From Dehalococcoidia bacterium (GTDB lineage Bacteria > Chloroflexota > Dehalococcoidia > Lucifugimonadales > JADFKI01): a stretch of DNA of 64,000 nt. Made by a program: the position numbers and the translations under genes. The DNA is taken from NCBI GenBank assembly GCA_965203955.1, contig OZ241923.1:1357395-1421394 (forward strand), read 5' to 3'. Under the pieces are notes generated by a model. That model saw nothing but the letters and a program-made list of their open reading frames with translations, had not been told where the DNA came from and did no database searches. Shown here one piece after another: positions 33,868 through 42,912 of this stretch; positions within the stretch are counted from its first letter, which is position 1; each line of letters opens with the position of its first letter.

Positions 33868-34068
33868 TTACAGTTCTCTCAGTGTGCCATCCCTCTTTGC
33901 TGCGAGGGCTTCCGCTTCCAGAAAGTCGAGCTTGCCGCTCTCCGAATCTTCCTCAATCTGTGTGTCCCACCGTTCCCAGTCCAGTTCATTCATCCACTGC
34001 ATCAGATCACGGTAGTCATTTTCGTCAAGCGTCAGAATTGCCTGCTGTATTTCGGGGATGGTTGTCAT
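33868..34068 (-). CDS. putative cognate antitoxin (66 aa)
   Basis: Abuts the toxin start with no gap. Acidic helical protein. Confidence 0.45.
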   Translation of the reverse strand: MTTIPEIQQAILTLDENDYRDLMQWMNELDWERWDTQIEEDSESGKLDFLEAEALAAKRDGTLREL

Positions 34069-34087
34069 TCGTCATTTCTCCCTATGG

Positions 34088-34330
34088 CTATGCTTCAGAC
34101 ACGAACGTAAAGACATCCATCTGAATAGATGCTTTGGGAGTTGTCTGGCCGTTCACCATTACGCGGACGGTCTCAGCAGTCTTCGCACTGAAGGACTCTT
34201 CTCCGCAGCGAATGCAGACCGTCGCAGGAATATCTCTTACCAGGATGTACTTTCCGTCCGCTGAACGGAAGATTTCTTCTACATGTTCCGCTCTGCTTTC
34301 GTTCGAATGGCAGACAGCGCAGGAATACAT
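34088..34330 (-). CDS. YgiT-type zinc-finger (MqsA N-terminal-like) protein
   Basis: CAVCHS...VCIRCGEESF. Confidence 0.6.
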   Translation of the reverse strand: MYSCAVCHSNESRAEHVEEIFRSADGKYILVRDIPATVCIRCGEESFSAKTAETVRVMVNGQTTPKASIQMDVFTFVSEA

Positions 34331-34353
34331 GGTTTTATCTACCTCCGCTTAAA

Positions 34354-34447
34354 GTCATTCCGAGCAAAGCGAGGAATCTAAAATCTTTGCGTCCACGCAG
34401 GCACAGATTTTAGATTCTTCACTCCGCTGCGCTGCGTTCAGAATGAC
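34354..34447 (+). repeat. MITE-like inverted-repeat element family D (~95 bp)
   Basis: GTCATTCCGAGCAAAGCGAGGAATCTAAAATC...GATTTTAGATTCTTCACTCCGCTGCGCTGCGTTCAGAATGAC. Confidence 0.85.
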
Positions 34448-34531
34448 AATTGAAAGGACTATCGTTCATATTGACAGAGTAATTTGGTTTGTCAATTCAG
34501 CTATATCTCGTGTGTCAAACGCCGCTTGATT

Positions 34532-35638
34532 CTAGTATGTCTGGAGGTGGGGGATTTCGTACTCGTCGCAGATTTCCTTGAACCAGCCGATGACTTCGGT
34601 GTGCAGGGGGGTGCCGTTGGCGCGGCGGTCCTGCTCTTCTTCGTACTCGGAGAGTCCGGGGTATAGGACGCGCTCGCTGCCGGGCTCGGGCGGGGTCTCG
34701 CGCAGGGTGCGAAGCATCTGGTCCATATTGTCCTTGAAGGCGTCAACGTCGGTGAAGGCGGCGATGTTGTAAGCGGCGAAGTAGTGCTTGTAGCCGCTCT
34801 CGAAGAACTCCTCGTCGAATATGACAGGCAGGGAGCCGGACAGGAAGGCGCAGAGGATGTCCACGATCATGAGGAATCCGTAGCCCTTGTGGGAGCCGTT
34901 TTCGCGTGTGCCGCCCATGGGAAGCAGGCTGCCGTAGTTGACACCCTCACCGCCGGGGACGGCCGTCTCCTCCATGATGGGGTTGCCTTCCTCGTCGGAT
35001 ATCCAGCCGGGGAGCAGGTCTGAGCCGACCCTGCGCGCGAGGGAGAACTTGTTGCCGGCTATCTGCGACGTGGCGGCGTCGAAGAGCAGGGGAGCTTCCC
35101 TGTTGGCGGGCGCTGCGATGGAGATGGGGTTGGTGCCGAAGCGCCCTTCCGCGCCGAATGTGGGCAGGACGCCCCTGCCGGCGGAGGTGGCGCACATGCC
35201 TACCATGTCGTGCTGGGCGGCGTACATGGAGAAGTGGCCGACCGCGCCGAGGTGGGCGCCGTTGTTCATGGTGACGACGCCGAAGCCGACGCCTCGCGCC
35301 TTCTCGATGGCGATGTCCATGGCGCGCCTGCCGAGCACAACGCCAAGCCCCTTGTCAGCGTTGATGACGGCGGTGCCGCGTGTCTGGCGCTCGATGCGCC
35401 AGTCGGGCTGCGGGTTGACCTGTCCGCTGGTGTACTGGGTGACATAGGCGCGGAGCATGTTGGAGACGCCGTGAGTCTCGACGCCGCGCAGGTCGGTCAT
35501 GGCGAGGACTTCGGCGGCTTCCTTCGCGTCGGACTCGGAGTTGCCCATCTTCTCGAAGATCGCCTGAATGACTTCCTCCAGAGACTCGATGGGGACGCGC
35601 ACTTCGTCTTTCTTGGGTACTTTGAATCGTTCGAGCAT
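34532..35638 (-). CDS. Ldh family (malate/L-lactate dehydrogenase type 2) oxidoreductase
   Basis: LRGVETHGV..., NPISIAAP, GSHKGYG. Confidence 0.75.
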   Translation of the reverse strand: MLERFKVPKKDEVRVPIESLEEVIQAIFEKMGNSESDAKEAAEVLAMTDLRGVETHGVSNMLRAYVTQYTSGQVNPQPDWRIERQTRGTAVINADKGLGVVLGRRAMDIAIEKARGVGFGVVTMNNGAHLGAVGHFSMYAAQHDMVGMCATSAGRGVLPTFGAEGRFGTNPISIAAPANREAPLLFDAATSQIAGNKFSLARRVGSDLLPGWISDEEGNPIMEETAVPGGEGVNYGSLLPMGGTRENGSHKGYGFLMIVDILCAFLSGSLPVIFDEEFFESGYKHYFAAYNIAAFTDVDAFKDNMDQMLRTLRETPPEPGSERVLYPGLSEYEEEQDRRANGTPLHTEVIGWFKEICDEYEIPHLQTY

Positions 35639-35685
35639 TCTATTACCTCACGTTATAGTTTGTCGGCTTGTCAGTTAGTTGGTTA

Positions 35686-36450
35686 TCAGCTTTGGCGGCG
35701 CAGTCGCTCCAGTTCTGCCTGAAGTTCCTGATTGCGGGCTTCTGCGGCTGCGAGCGCTTCGTGTTCTTCTTGGTGGGTTTGCAAGTAGAGCTGTCGCACA
35801 GGGTCGTACCAGCGCAACTGTCCCTCCTCCTCTCCCTGCTCCCAGCGAAGTTCCAGCCCAAGAACATCGCTATGCCCACGGTAGTTCTCGTCGTCCACCT
35901 TTATTATTTCTATGGGCTGATATTCGCCGTCCACAAGGCGGTCGCCGGCTAGATGCGTCTGATGGCGGCCGCCGCCGGACGGGTCGAATCGCCAGTATTC
36001 TTGAACGCCGAAGTTGGCGTATCCCACGCGCTTGACCGTATCATCTCTGCGTCCCGTGCTTTTCGATGCTATCTCAAGTACGAACTCGGGCGGCTTGCCC
36101 TGATCGTCTATCGCATAACCGTTGCGCTCAATCGCTCTGGGCATCAGAGCGTTGAAGGCTACCATCAAATCGGGAACGAACCATCCGCCGCGCTGATAGC
36201 TGTTCCAGGCGAGATAGGCTTCGCTGATTACGACGACGGTATCGGGCGACAAGCCTAGCGATTCGACCAGGAACATTTCTATCGCGCTTGCGTAGCCCTG
36301 TTTGTGCAGGTGCTTGAAATTTTGCATATCGAACCTGGGAGGAGGGTCCGGGAATTGGTAGTGGTCGTCTCCCGGCTGCATGTTAGACAGGTGGAAGGAG
36401 GAGTGTTCGGGCAGCGCCGGCTTCAGCGCATCTTTCGTTTGTGTTGCCAT
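35686..36450 (-). CDS. Uma2 family endonuclease with C-terminal coiled coil
   Basis: VPDLMVAF..., PEFVLEIASKST...DTVKRVGYANFGVQEYWRFDP. Confidence 0.7.
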   Translation of the reverse strand: MATQTKDALKPALPEHSSFHLSNMQPGDDHYQFPDPPPRFDMQNFKHLHKQGYASAIEMFLVESLGLSPDTVVVISEAYLAWNSYQRGGWFVPDLMVAFNALMPRAIERNGYAIDDQGKPPEFVLEIASKSTGRRDDTVKRVGYANFGVQEYWRFDPSGGGRHQTHLAGDRLVDGEYQPIEIIKVDDENYRGHSDVLGLELRWEQGEEEGQLRWYDPVRQLYLQTHQEEHEALAAAEARNQELQAELERLRRQS

Positions 36451-36529
36451 ATCAAACCTCGCGTTGGTGGTTTGTCGGTATAGCGGTATGTCAGCCAGTC
36501 AATTGCGTGGAGAATAGCATAAAATTCGC

Positions 36530-36576
36530 CGAGCCTCATGGTCGAGCCTCATGGTATCACGAAAGCGTGCTATAAT
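36530..36576 (+). promoter_or_regulatory. tandem 13-bp direct repeat (CGAGCCTCATGGT x2) abutting a TATAAT -10 box
   Basis: Repeats at 36530-36542 and 36543-36555. TATAAT at 36571-36576, 68 nt upstream of the NHL gene. The -35 is weak. Confidence 0.4.
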
Positions 36577-36643
36577 TCTGCCCGTTCACGAATCGTCTTG
36601 AACAGTGTAACAAGGGGTAAATGCCATAAGGAGGGCTGCTCCA

Positions 36644-37570
36644 ATGGGAGAAAAGGGTCTGAGAGTCAGTTACGGAAAATATGTGTATGAGCATGTGCCG
36701 GGATGGGGGAGCCTGCCGGACGGCTGGGAGTGGAACCATGCGGTGGGCGTGGCGGTTGACGGGCAGGACAGGATATTCGTGTACAACCGGAGCGCACACC
36801 CGATAATCGTGCTGGACACGGCGGGCAATGTGATCGACCACTGGGGCGAGGGTCAGTTCGGCTCGGCGCACCATATCGAAGCGGGGCCTGACGGCAGCGT
36901 GTACACGACGGACATCGGCAACCACACGGTGCGGAAGTGGTCGGCTGAGGGCGAGTTGCTGATGACGCTGGGCGATCCGGACAACGTGCCGGAGGCGTTC
37001 AGCGGGGAGCCGTTCAACAGGCCGACGGACATCGCGATAGCGGCGGACGGGTCGCTGTACATCTCGGACGGCTACGGGAATGCGCGCGTGCACCACTACA
37101 CGGCGACGGGCGAGCGGATACATTCGTGGGGCGAGCCGGGCGAGGGGCCGGGGCAGTTCCGCATCCCGCACGGCGTGTGCGTCAGCTCGGAGGGGCTGAT
37201 CTACGTGGTGGACAGGGAGAACAGCCGCATACAGGTGTTCACGCCTGAGGGTCATTACCTGAGCGAGTGGGGCGGCGTGCATAGGCCTGACCACATCGTG
37301 CAGGGGCCAGACGGGAACATGTTCGTGACCGATCTGGGCTTCCACCAAGGGCTTGGGCCGGACCAGCCCAGTCCGAACGCGCTGTCGCATCCGGCGGGCG
37401 TGAAGATTATGACGCCGACGGGACAGTGGCTAGGCGGCTGGGGCATGAGCTCGGAGACGCCGGGGGACATCATCGCGGGGCACGCGGTGGCGATGGACTC
37501 CAGCGGCGACCTGTACGTGGGCGAGACGCTGGACGGGGCGAGGGTGCAGAAGTTCGCGCGGGTTGCGTAG
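36644..37570 (+). CDS. NHL repeat (six-bladed beta-propeller) protein
   Basis: Repeated ...PDGSVYTTDIGNHTVRKW..., ...DGSLYISDGYGNARVHHY..., ...EGLIYVVDRENSRIQVF... SD is AGGAGGG. Confidence 0.7.
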   Translation: MGEKGLRVSYGKYVYEHVPGWGSLPDGWEWNHAVGVAVDGQDRIFVYNRSAHPIIVLDTAGNVIDHWGEGQFGSAHHIEAGPDGSVYTTDIGNHTVRKWSAEGELLMTLGDPDNVPEAFSGEPFNRPTDIAIAADGSLYISDGYGNARVHHYTATGERIHSWGEPGEGPGQFRIPHGVCVSSEGLIYVVDRENSRIQVFTPEGHYLSEWGGVHRPDHIVQGPDGNMFVTDLGFHQGLGPDQPSPNALSHPAGVKIMTPTGQWLGGWGMSSETPGDIIAGHAVAMDSSGDLYVGETLDGARVQKFARVA

Positions 37571-37573
37571 GTT

Positions 37574-37606
37574 TAACTGACATCGATAGACGGGATGGGC
37601 AGGATT
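37574..37606 (+). repeat. repeat family C copy
   Basis: TAACTGACATCGATAGACGGGATGGGCAGGATT. Confidence 0.75.
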
Positions 37607-37639
37607 CGTTGTGGGCGGGTCCTGCCCGTTTTTTTCTTT

Positions 37640-37703
37640 CACCCCCATTCCTTCGGCAAACTCAGGACAGGCTCTAACCTTCCCCCTGGATGGGGGAAGG
37701 GAC
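37640..37703 (+). repeat. repeat family B copy carrying an internal family G insert
   Basis: CACCCCCATTCC-[TTCGGCAAACTCAGGACAGGCTC]-TAACCTTCCCCCTGGATGGGGGAAGGGAC. Confidence 0.7.
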
Positions 37704-37709
37704 AGGGTT

Positions 37710-40154
37710 TTAGCGGACGCGGTAGATGGCGGACTCGCCGTTGGGGTCGGTGAAGACGAGGTCGGCGATGGCGTCGAACTTGGGGATGCCTTCGATGCCG
37801 TATTTTTCGCGCTCGCGGCGACCGATGTACACGTAGTCGATGTCGTACTTGTAGAGGATGAGCTGCGCCTCGACGGGGTCTAGGGTAGTGTAGATGCGCT
37901 CAACCTCGGCTGCTCTGTCGTCGAAATACCGGTCGCGGAGGGCGCGCGAGACATCGGGCTTGTCGGCGTCGAACTGTTCCCAGCCGCCACGCCACTGCTT
38001 CTGGTGGCCGAGCCAGTTGACGATGGTGGGCAGGCCGGTGCTGCGGGAGACCATGCCCCAGTCGCTCCATTCGCCGACGGCCTCTACTATTGCAGCGTCG
38101 CGGGGCGCGTTACCCTTCAGCCACTCGATGGCGTCGTACTCGGCGGGGTTGTACTGCTGCACGAATGCCAAGCCGTCGAGGGTGCGCCCGGCCAGGGGCG
38201 TTTCGGGCTTGGTCTTGACGGCTGCGAGCGGGTAGTAGAGCGAGCAAAGCAGCAGCAGGACGAATGCCGCGGCCCAGACATACGAGATTGCGGTGCGCCA
38301 GCCATTCAGATTGCGGATTATGTTCAGCCAGTAGTACACGGCGAAGGCGGACGCGGCGGCGAGGAGAATCCATGCCTGGTAGTAGAGCTTGAAGACGGTG
38401 TTGCCGCGGTTGTTGAAGAAGTCGCGGATGAAGAGGAACTCCGCGCCGATGATGAGTCCGAGGCCAAGCACGGCGAGAAGGGTGGCGAACAGCCTGCCGC
38501 CCTCGTTATCGCGCCTTGCGAGGTAGAGCGCGTTGTAGATGCCGATTGCGGCGAGGCCAGTCAGTGGCAGGATGCCGATGAAGCGCGAGATAGTTTCTTC
38601 GATGCTGCCGTCGCTGGGCAGGTAGGCGAGCGCCCAGAGCAGCCAGGGGGCGAATGCGAGCGCGAGTGCGGTGAATGCCTGCGCTGCCCAGTCGCGCTGG
38701 ACGGTGGTCTGCCAGAATGTCGCGAGCAGGAAGGGCGTGACGGCGGTCAGGAACAATCCCCATACGATGAACATGTGGACAGCGCGGGTGTGCGTGATGA
38801 CGACGCCGATGCCGTTCACGCCGGCGTTGATGTCGAACAGGTAGGGGGAGTACATCAGGACGGCGAGTGCGATGACCGCAAGGCCGACGGGGAATAGGGC
38901 GAGCGCGAAGGACTGGCGGATGTCGCTGCCCTCGCGGTATGCCCTGAGCGCGAGAACGGCGATAAGCAGGGCGGCGAATGTTGGCATATCCCAGAGGTTG
39001 TTGAAGCCTAGTCCGCCGAGAATCACTGCCGCTGCGAGGACGATGGCGTAGGTGTAGGGGCTGCGGAAGTCGCGCCAGAAGCCGGCGGGCAGGCGGTAGA
39101 TGTTGAGCGCGACGCCGACGAAAAGCAGGACGAACGGGATGGACATGACGTGCGGGTGCATGTCGCCGAGCAGGAAGCTGAAGAAGGGGAACTCCTGGAT
39201 GGTGTTGTCGATGAAGTGGATGCCGTCGAAGGTGTTGATGACGCGGCTGGCGTGGAACCACCACCAGAAGTCGGGCGGCGTCCAGCTCTGCGGGGGCGTC
39301 TCGATGGGGCCGGGCAAGCCGTCGATGCGGATCCAGTCGTAGAAGCCTTGCGAACCCATGCCGTTGAGGCGCATGAACTCCAGGATGCCCTGGAGGTTGG
39401 CTGCGACAACAAGGAAGAGGGCGGCGGCGATGCCTGCCACGATCGCATATTTCTTGTGTGTGCCATTGAGGGACGCGGGTCCTATGGATGCTCCATCCGT
39501 ACTGTTGCCGTCTGTGGCAGGGGCGACGGTGCGTGCCTTGTTTAGGCGGACCATGTTGAAGACGATGCCGAAGATGCCGGTGGCTGCCATGGCGGGTATG
39601 AGCGCCATTGCGAGATTGTAGGCGATGTTGGAGGGGACGGCGGCGATCTGGCTGATTGCGCCCATCATCCAGTAGCCGAAGTAGTAGTAGCTGATGGACT
39701 CGCCGCGCAGCCAAGGGTCTTCGGGGTGGCCGACGTGCGAGTTGATGGAGGCGCTGAGGAGGGCGAGGTCCATCGGCTGCTCGGTGTGGTTGATGAACGG
39801 GTCGTAGGAGCGGAAGAGCGCCCAGCCGATGAAGAAGACGAGGAACACGGCCTCGGCGATGACGAGCGCGCGCCACTCGCGGGCGATGAAGTCGCGGAGG
39901 GCGTCGAGGTTGCGGTAGGCGATGTAGGCGGAGGCGGACGCCATGAGCAGCAGGAGCGCGATGGCGGTAGGCTGTGCGGTGGGGATGTGGGCGAGGCCGA
40001 ATACCCAGAAGAGGTATGAGACGAGGAGAATGCCAAGGGGTTTGCTGAGGGTGAAGCCCCTGTCAGCAAGTTTTGGTAGGAGGTAGAAGGCAAGCGGGAA
40101 AGCCGCCAGCCCAATGAGTTCTACGGTGATGAGCCATCGGAGGGCGTCGAGCAT
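37710..40154 (-). CDS. DUF2298 / Chlor_Arch_YYY family large polytopic membrane protein
   Basis: 814 aa, more than 15 TM segments, signature GESISYYYFGYWMMG. Confidence 0.75.
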   Translation of the reverse strand: MLDALRWLITVELIGLAAFPLAFYLLPKLADRGFTLSKPLGILLVSYLFWVFGLAHIPTAQPTAIALLLLMASASAYIAYRNLDALRDFIAREWRALVIAEAVFLVFFIGWALFRSYDPFINHTEQPMDLALLSASINSHVGHPEDPWLRGESISYYYFGYWMMGAISQIAAVPSNIAYNLAMALIPAMAATGIFGIVFNMVRLNKARTVAPATDGNSTDGASIGPASLNGTHKKYAIVAGIAAALFLVVAANLQGILEFMRLNGMGSQGFYDWIRIDGLPGPIETPPQSWTPPDFWWWFHASRVINTFDGIHFIDNTIQEFPFFSFLLGDMHPHVMSIPFVLLFVGVALNIYRLPAGFWRDFRSPYTYAIVLAAAVILGGLGFNNLWDMPTFAALLIAVLALRAYREGSDIRQSFALALFPVGLAVIALAVLMYSPYLFDINAGVNGIGVVITHTRAVHMFIVWGLFLTAVTPFLLATFWQTTVQRDWAAQAFTALALAFAPWLLWALAYLPSDGSIEETISRFIGILPLTGLAAIGIYNALYLARRDNEGGRLFATLLAVLGLGLIIGAEFLFIRDFFNNRGNTVFKLYYQAWILLAAASAFAVYYWLNIIRNLNGWRTAISYVWAAAFVLLLLCSLYYPLAAVKTKPETPLAGRTLDGLAFVQQYNPAEYDAIEWLKGNAPRDAAIVEAVGEWSDWGMVSRSTGLPTIVNWLGHQKQWRGGWEQFDADKPDVSRALRDRYFDDRAAEVERIYTTLDPVEAQLILYKYDIDYVYIGRREREKYGIEGIPKFDAIADLVFTDPNGESAIYRVR

Positions 40155-40198
40155 GGTGGGGGGATTATACTATGGGTGGGGGTGTTATTGGCAGGTTT

Positions 40199-41128
40199 TT
40201 AGGTAGAGTTGGACGCGCCGACGGAGATGGTGAAGTCGGAAATTATGTGCGCTCTGGTGTCCAAGTCGTCCTCAGTACCGTCGGTTTCCCCGGAAGGCAA
40301 AACCTTAAACGAAGTGCGCGTAGCCTCTCTGACGGAATCGAACTGGAAAATCCTTACTCCCCTTCCTATGTCAATCACTCTGTTATCAAAACGGATATGC
40401 CTTTCATGAGCGTATCTTCTGAAATCGTCCTCGGGATGCAGCTTAACTTCTATGCTGTCAATTCCGTAGCCATCGAGTTGAACAGCGCAATCGCTCAAAT
40501 TGTCGATGATGGTCGTCACTTGTTCCTGAAGTTCGGTCTCAGGGGAAGAATAAATCGTTACAGCGCAGCCATTGGAATCGCCGTCGAGGAGATTGAGAAA
40601 TCGGACTAGCCCTTCAAAGGTATTACCTCGCACTGCCCACTCATCGACAATCACTACTTCGCGTGAATGCCTGGCTAACCGTTGAAACCGTTCTTGCCAA
40701 AGACTACTAACACTATCACCAACGGCAATGCGTTTCCTGCCAAGAGCTTCGGCTTGTATGAACTCTCTTGAATCGTTGACTTGCGTCAATCTGACGGCTT
40801 CCACACCGCGGAAATACTTGCCGTCACCATCGGGAATTTGCTCATTTCCAGCGCGAACTTGGGATATGAGGGCAACCCGAAAGTTGTCTCTACATTTCAA
40901 GAAACGAATAGGGTCGTTCTCTATCTCACGCCACGCGCGAGCCCATATCCTCTGTAAGCTTTGGTTCAGTTCCGGAAATTTGCGGCGGATGTTTGCAAAA
41001 CCGCCATCGTCCTGAGAGGGGTGCGCCAAGACACCGTACTGTTGCCACTTATTTCTCAGCGCATTGATATGGGAGCGGTTAGTATCGTTGTCAACTGCAT
41101 CAGGGTCAATGTAGAAATTCACCAGCAT
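40199..41128 (-). CDS. MIT_C / phospholipase-D-fold-like protein with a single HxRx4D motif (putative effector)
   Basis: 309 aa. The C-terminal ~150 aa read VVIVDEW...AVTIYSS...IEVKLHPEDDFRRYAHERHIRFDNRVIDIGRGVRIF (H241, R243, D248; nt 40385-40408). The N-terminal ~150 aa are unrecognised. Confidence 0.45.
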   Translation of the reverse strand: MLVNFYIDPDAVDNDTNRSHINALRNKWQQYGVLAHPSQDDGGFANIRRKFPELNQSLQRIWARAWREIENDPIRFLKCRDNFRVALISQVRAGNEQIPDGDGKYFRGVEAVRLTQVNDSREFIQAEALGRKRIAVGDSVSSLWQERFQRLARHSREVVIVDEWAVRGNTFEGLVRFLNLLDGDSNGCAVTIYSSPETELQEQVTTIIDNLSDCAVQLDGYGIDSIEVKLHPEDDFRRYAHERHIRFDNRVIDIGRGVRIFQFDSVREATRTSFKVLPSGETDGTEDDLDTRAHIISDFTISVGASNST

Positions 41129-41143
41129 ACTTAAAGACTTACC

Positions 41144-42835
41144 TTATTCGGCAAATAGCTCGTCCAGCACATCCACACCTTCATCTGAGCGGCCACGCTC
41201 ATCATCGGGTTGTAGTTCTTCCTTGAGCGCTTCGTCAAAGAAGCCGTCGGGCCAGGGGTCTTTGAAGTAGCTGTCTTCGCCGAGGCGGAGGACTTTGATT
41301 GCGCTGCCTTCAACACTCTTTTCGTTGGGGTCAACGTAGAGGACGGAGATGTCTTCAGGCTTGATTTTGCCTTCGCGGATGCGGCGTTGGAGGCGCAGTA
41401 TTAGCAGTTCGCTGTGGGTTTCTACAATCCACTGCTTGCGCTTGCCGGGTTCGTCGGCGATGGTGTCAATCATCAGGTCCGCGATGTTTGCCTGAAGGCG
41501 GGGGTGCAGGTGGATTTCGGGCTGCTCGACGCAGAGGATTGCGCCTTCCTGCGAGGCGATGCCTTCGATGATTACGGGCAGGATTTGGTTGATGCCGTAG
41601 CCGACGTCGGCGAGGGTTACTTGTGTATCGGTGCGTTTGTCGGTGAGGGCGATGGTGATATGTTCGCCGGCGAGTGACGGCTCGCCGAGTTTAATGACTT
41701 CGAGATTGTACGGGATTTCAAACTGGTCGAACCAGTCGTTTACACTTTCTTCAAGACGGATATTGCGGTGTAGCGCATTGGCTGAATGCTCGCCTTGTAC
41801 ACCAGTAGTGCCTGTTGATGAGTCGCTTTCGACCGAAAGGTCATAAAGCCTTTCCGGAGCGCTTCGCAACGGACCTAGGTAGTTGACTGAGTGCAGATGG
41901 CATTCGTAGTCAATTGGCGCGTTTTCACGGAATAATACCCCAGTCTGATTTTCAGACAGATTGAACCCTTCGATGCCAAGAGCCAACTTCAACGCTCGTT
42001 CCAATTCCAGCTCGGACGCCCATTCCGTATCTAAATCTTCTTTCCGTGTGTGTGCAACTCCTAATACTAACGTCCGCGCCCGTGCCAATGTTCGAGCACC
42101 TGCTCCTAACCATGTCGGAGTTCCTGCCCAGGTTTGCGCCCCCTCCAGTGTCTGCGCCAATTCCGCCGCTCCTACCAGCGACGACGCCCCATCCATTACG
42201 AATTCATCTACTCTTTCCGATAGTGCCTCTGCCAGTGGCAGTGCTTCTTCGCTCAGCTCGTCTTCATGCATAAGAAACCACATGGGTAGAAAAGAGGAAG
42301 TATCATAGTGACTATACGTGGTGTTATTCTCAACGGGTCCACCCAGCAGTTTGATATCCACAGCGTCCGAATCAAACCCTGCCGCAAATACGGACTTAGG
42401 GGCATCAGGTAATTTTATAACGGCATCAACCAAAGCTTCTTTATCTTCTGGCGTAACAATTTTATAGGTTACCTGGGATATATCTCCGTTACCCGAGCAG
42501 GTCAAGCCTATCGTAGTTTCGGAAACGTCAACCTCAGTATCAGGCTGCGTATCTTTATATTTGATTTCTATGCCAATACCCCGCTCGGCATCATGCTTAT
42601 GAAGCATAGCCTGAGGACTCCCCAAGTCCACGAATTCGCCTCTTGGCTCAAGCACTCTTACTGTAGAATAGCCATAGTCGTTCTTCAGCGACTGCTTCAG
42701 CAGCAACAGTGCCTGAATGATGGAACTCTTGCCGCCGGAGTTGGGGCCGTAGATTAGGGTGATTTTGGACAGGGGAGCTTCCTGCATTTCGTCGCCGAAT
42801 GCTTTGAAGTTGCGGAGTCCTATGCCTGTGAGCAT
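41144..42835 (-). CDS. AAA_15/AAA_21/DUF3696-type ABC ATPase (OLD/PtuA/AriA-like)
   Basis: 563 aa. Walker A GPNSGGKSS (K36), YLGPLRSAPERLY, VGYGINQILPVI, Walker B AILCVEQPEIHLHP, ETHSELLILRLQRRIREG. Confidence 0.7.
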   Translation of the reverse strand: MLTGIGLRNFKAFGDEMQEAPLSKITLIYGPNSGGKSSIIQALLLLKQSLKNDYGYSTVRVLEPRGEFVDLGSPQAMLHKHDAERGIGIEIKYKDTQPDTEVDVSETTIGLTCSGNGDISQVTYKIVTPEDKEALVDAVIKLPDAPKSVFAAGFDSDAVDIKLLGGPVENNTTYSHYDTSSFLPMWFLMHEDELSEEALPLAEALSERVDEFVMDGASSLVGAAELAQTLEGAQTWAGTPTWLGAGARTLARARTLVLGVAHTRKEDLDTEWASELELERALKLALGIEGFNLSENQTGVLFRENAPIDYECHLHSVNYLGPLRSAPERLYDLSVESDSSTGTTGVQGEHSANALHRNIRLEESVNDWFDQFEIPYNLEVIKLGEPSLAGEHITIALTDKRTDTQVTLADVGYGINQILPVIIEGIASQEGAILCVEQPEIHLHPRLQANIADLMIDTIADEPGKRKQWIVETHSELLILRLQRRIREGKIKPEDISVLYVDPNEKSVEGSAIKVLRLGEDSYFKDPWPDGFFDEALKEELQPDDERGRSDEGVDVLDELFAE

Positions 42836-42881
42836 GGTGTGGTGTCCTGTGGGGCTGGTAGTCTGTTGAAGTCAGCCATCC

Positions 42882-42909
42882 ATTTTAGCAAAGGCTGGGT
42901 GGGTTACAA
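42882..42909 (-). promoter_or_regulatory. sigma70-like promoter TTGTAA-16-TAAAAT for the ATPase/PLD-like operon
   Basis: Minus strand reads TTGTAACCCACCCAGCCTTTGCTAAAAT, ending about 46 nt upstream of the ATPase ATG. Confidence 0.45.
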
Positions 42910-42912
42910 GGG

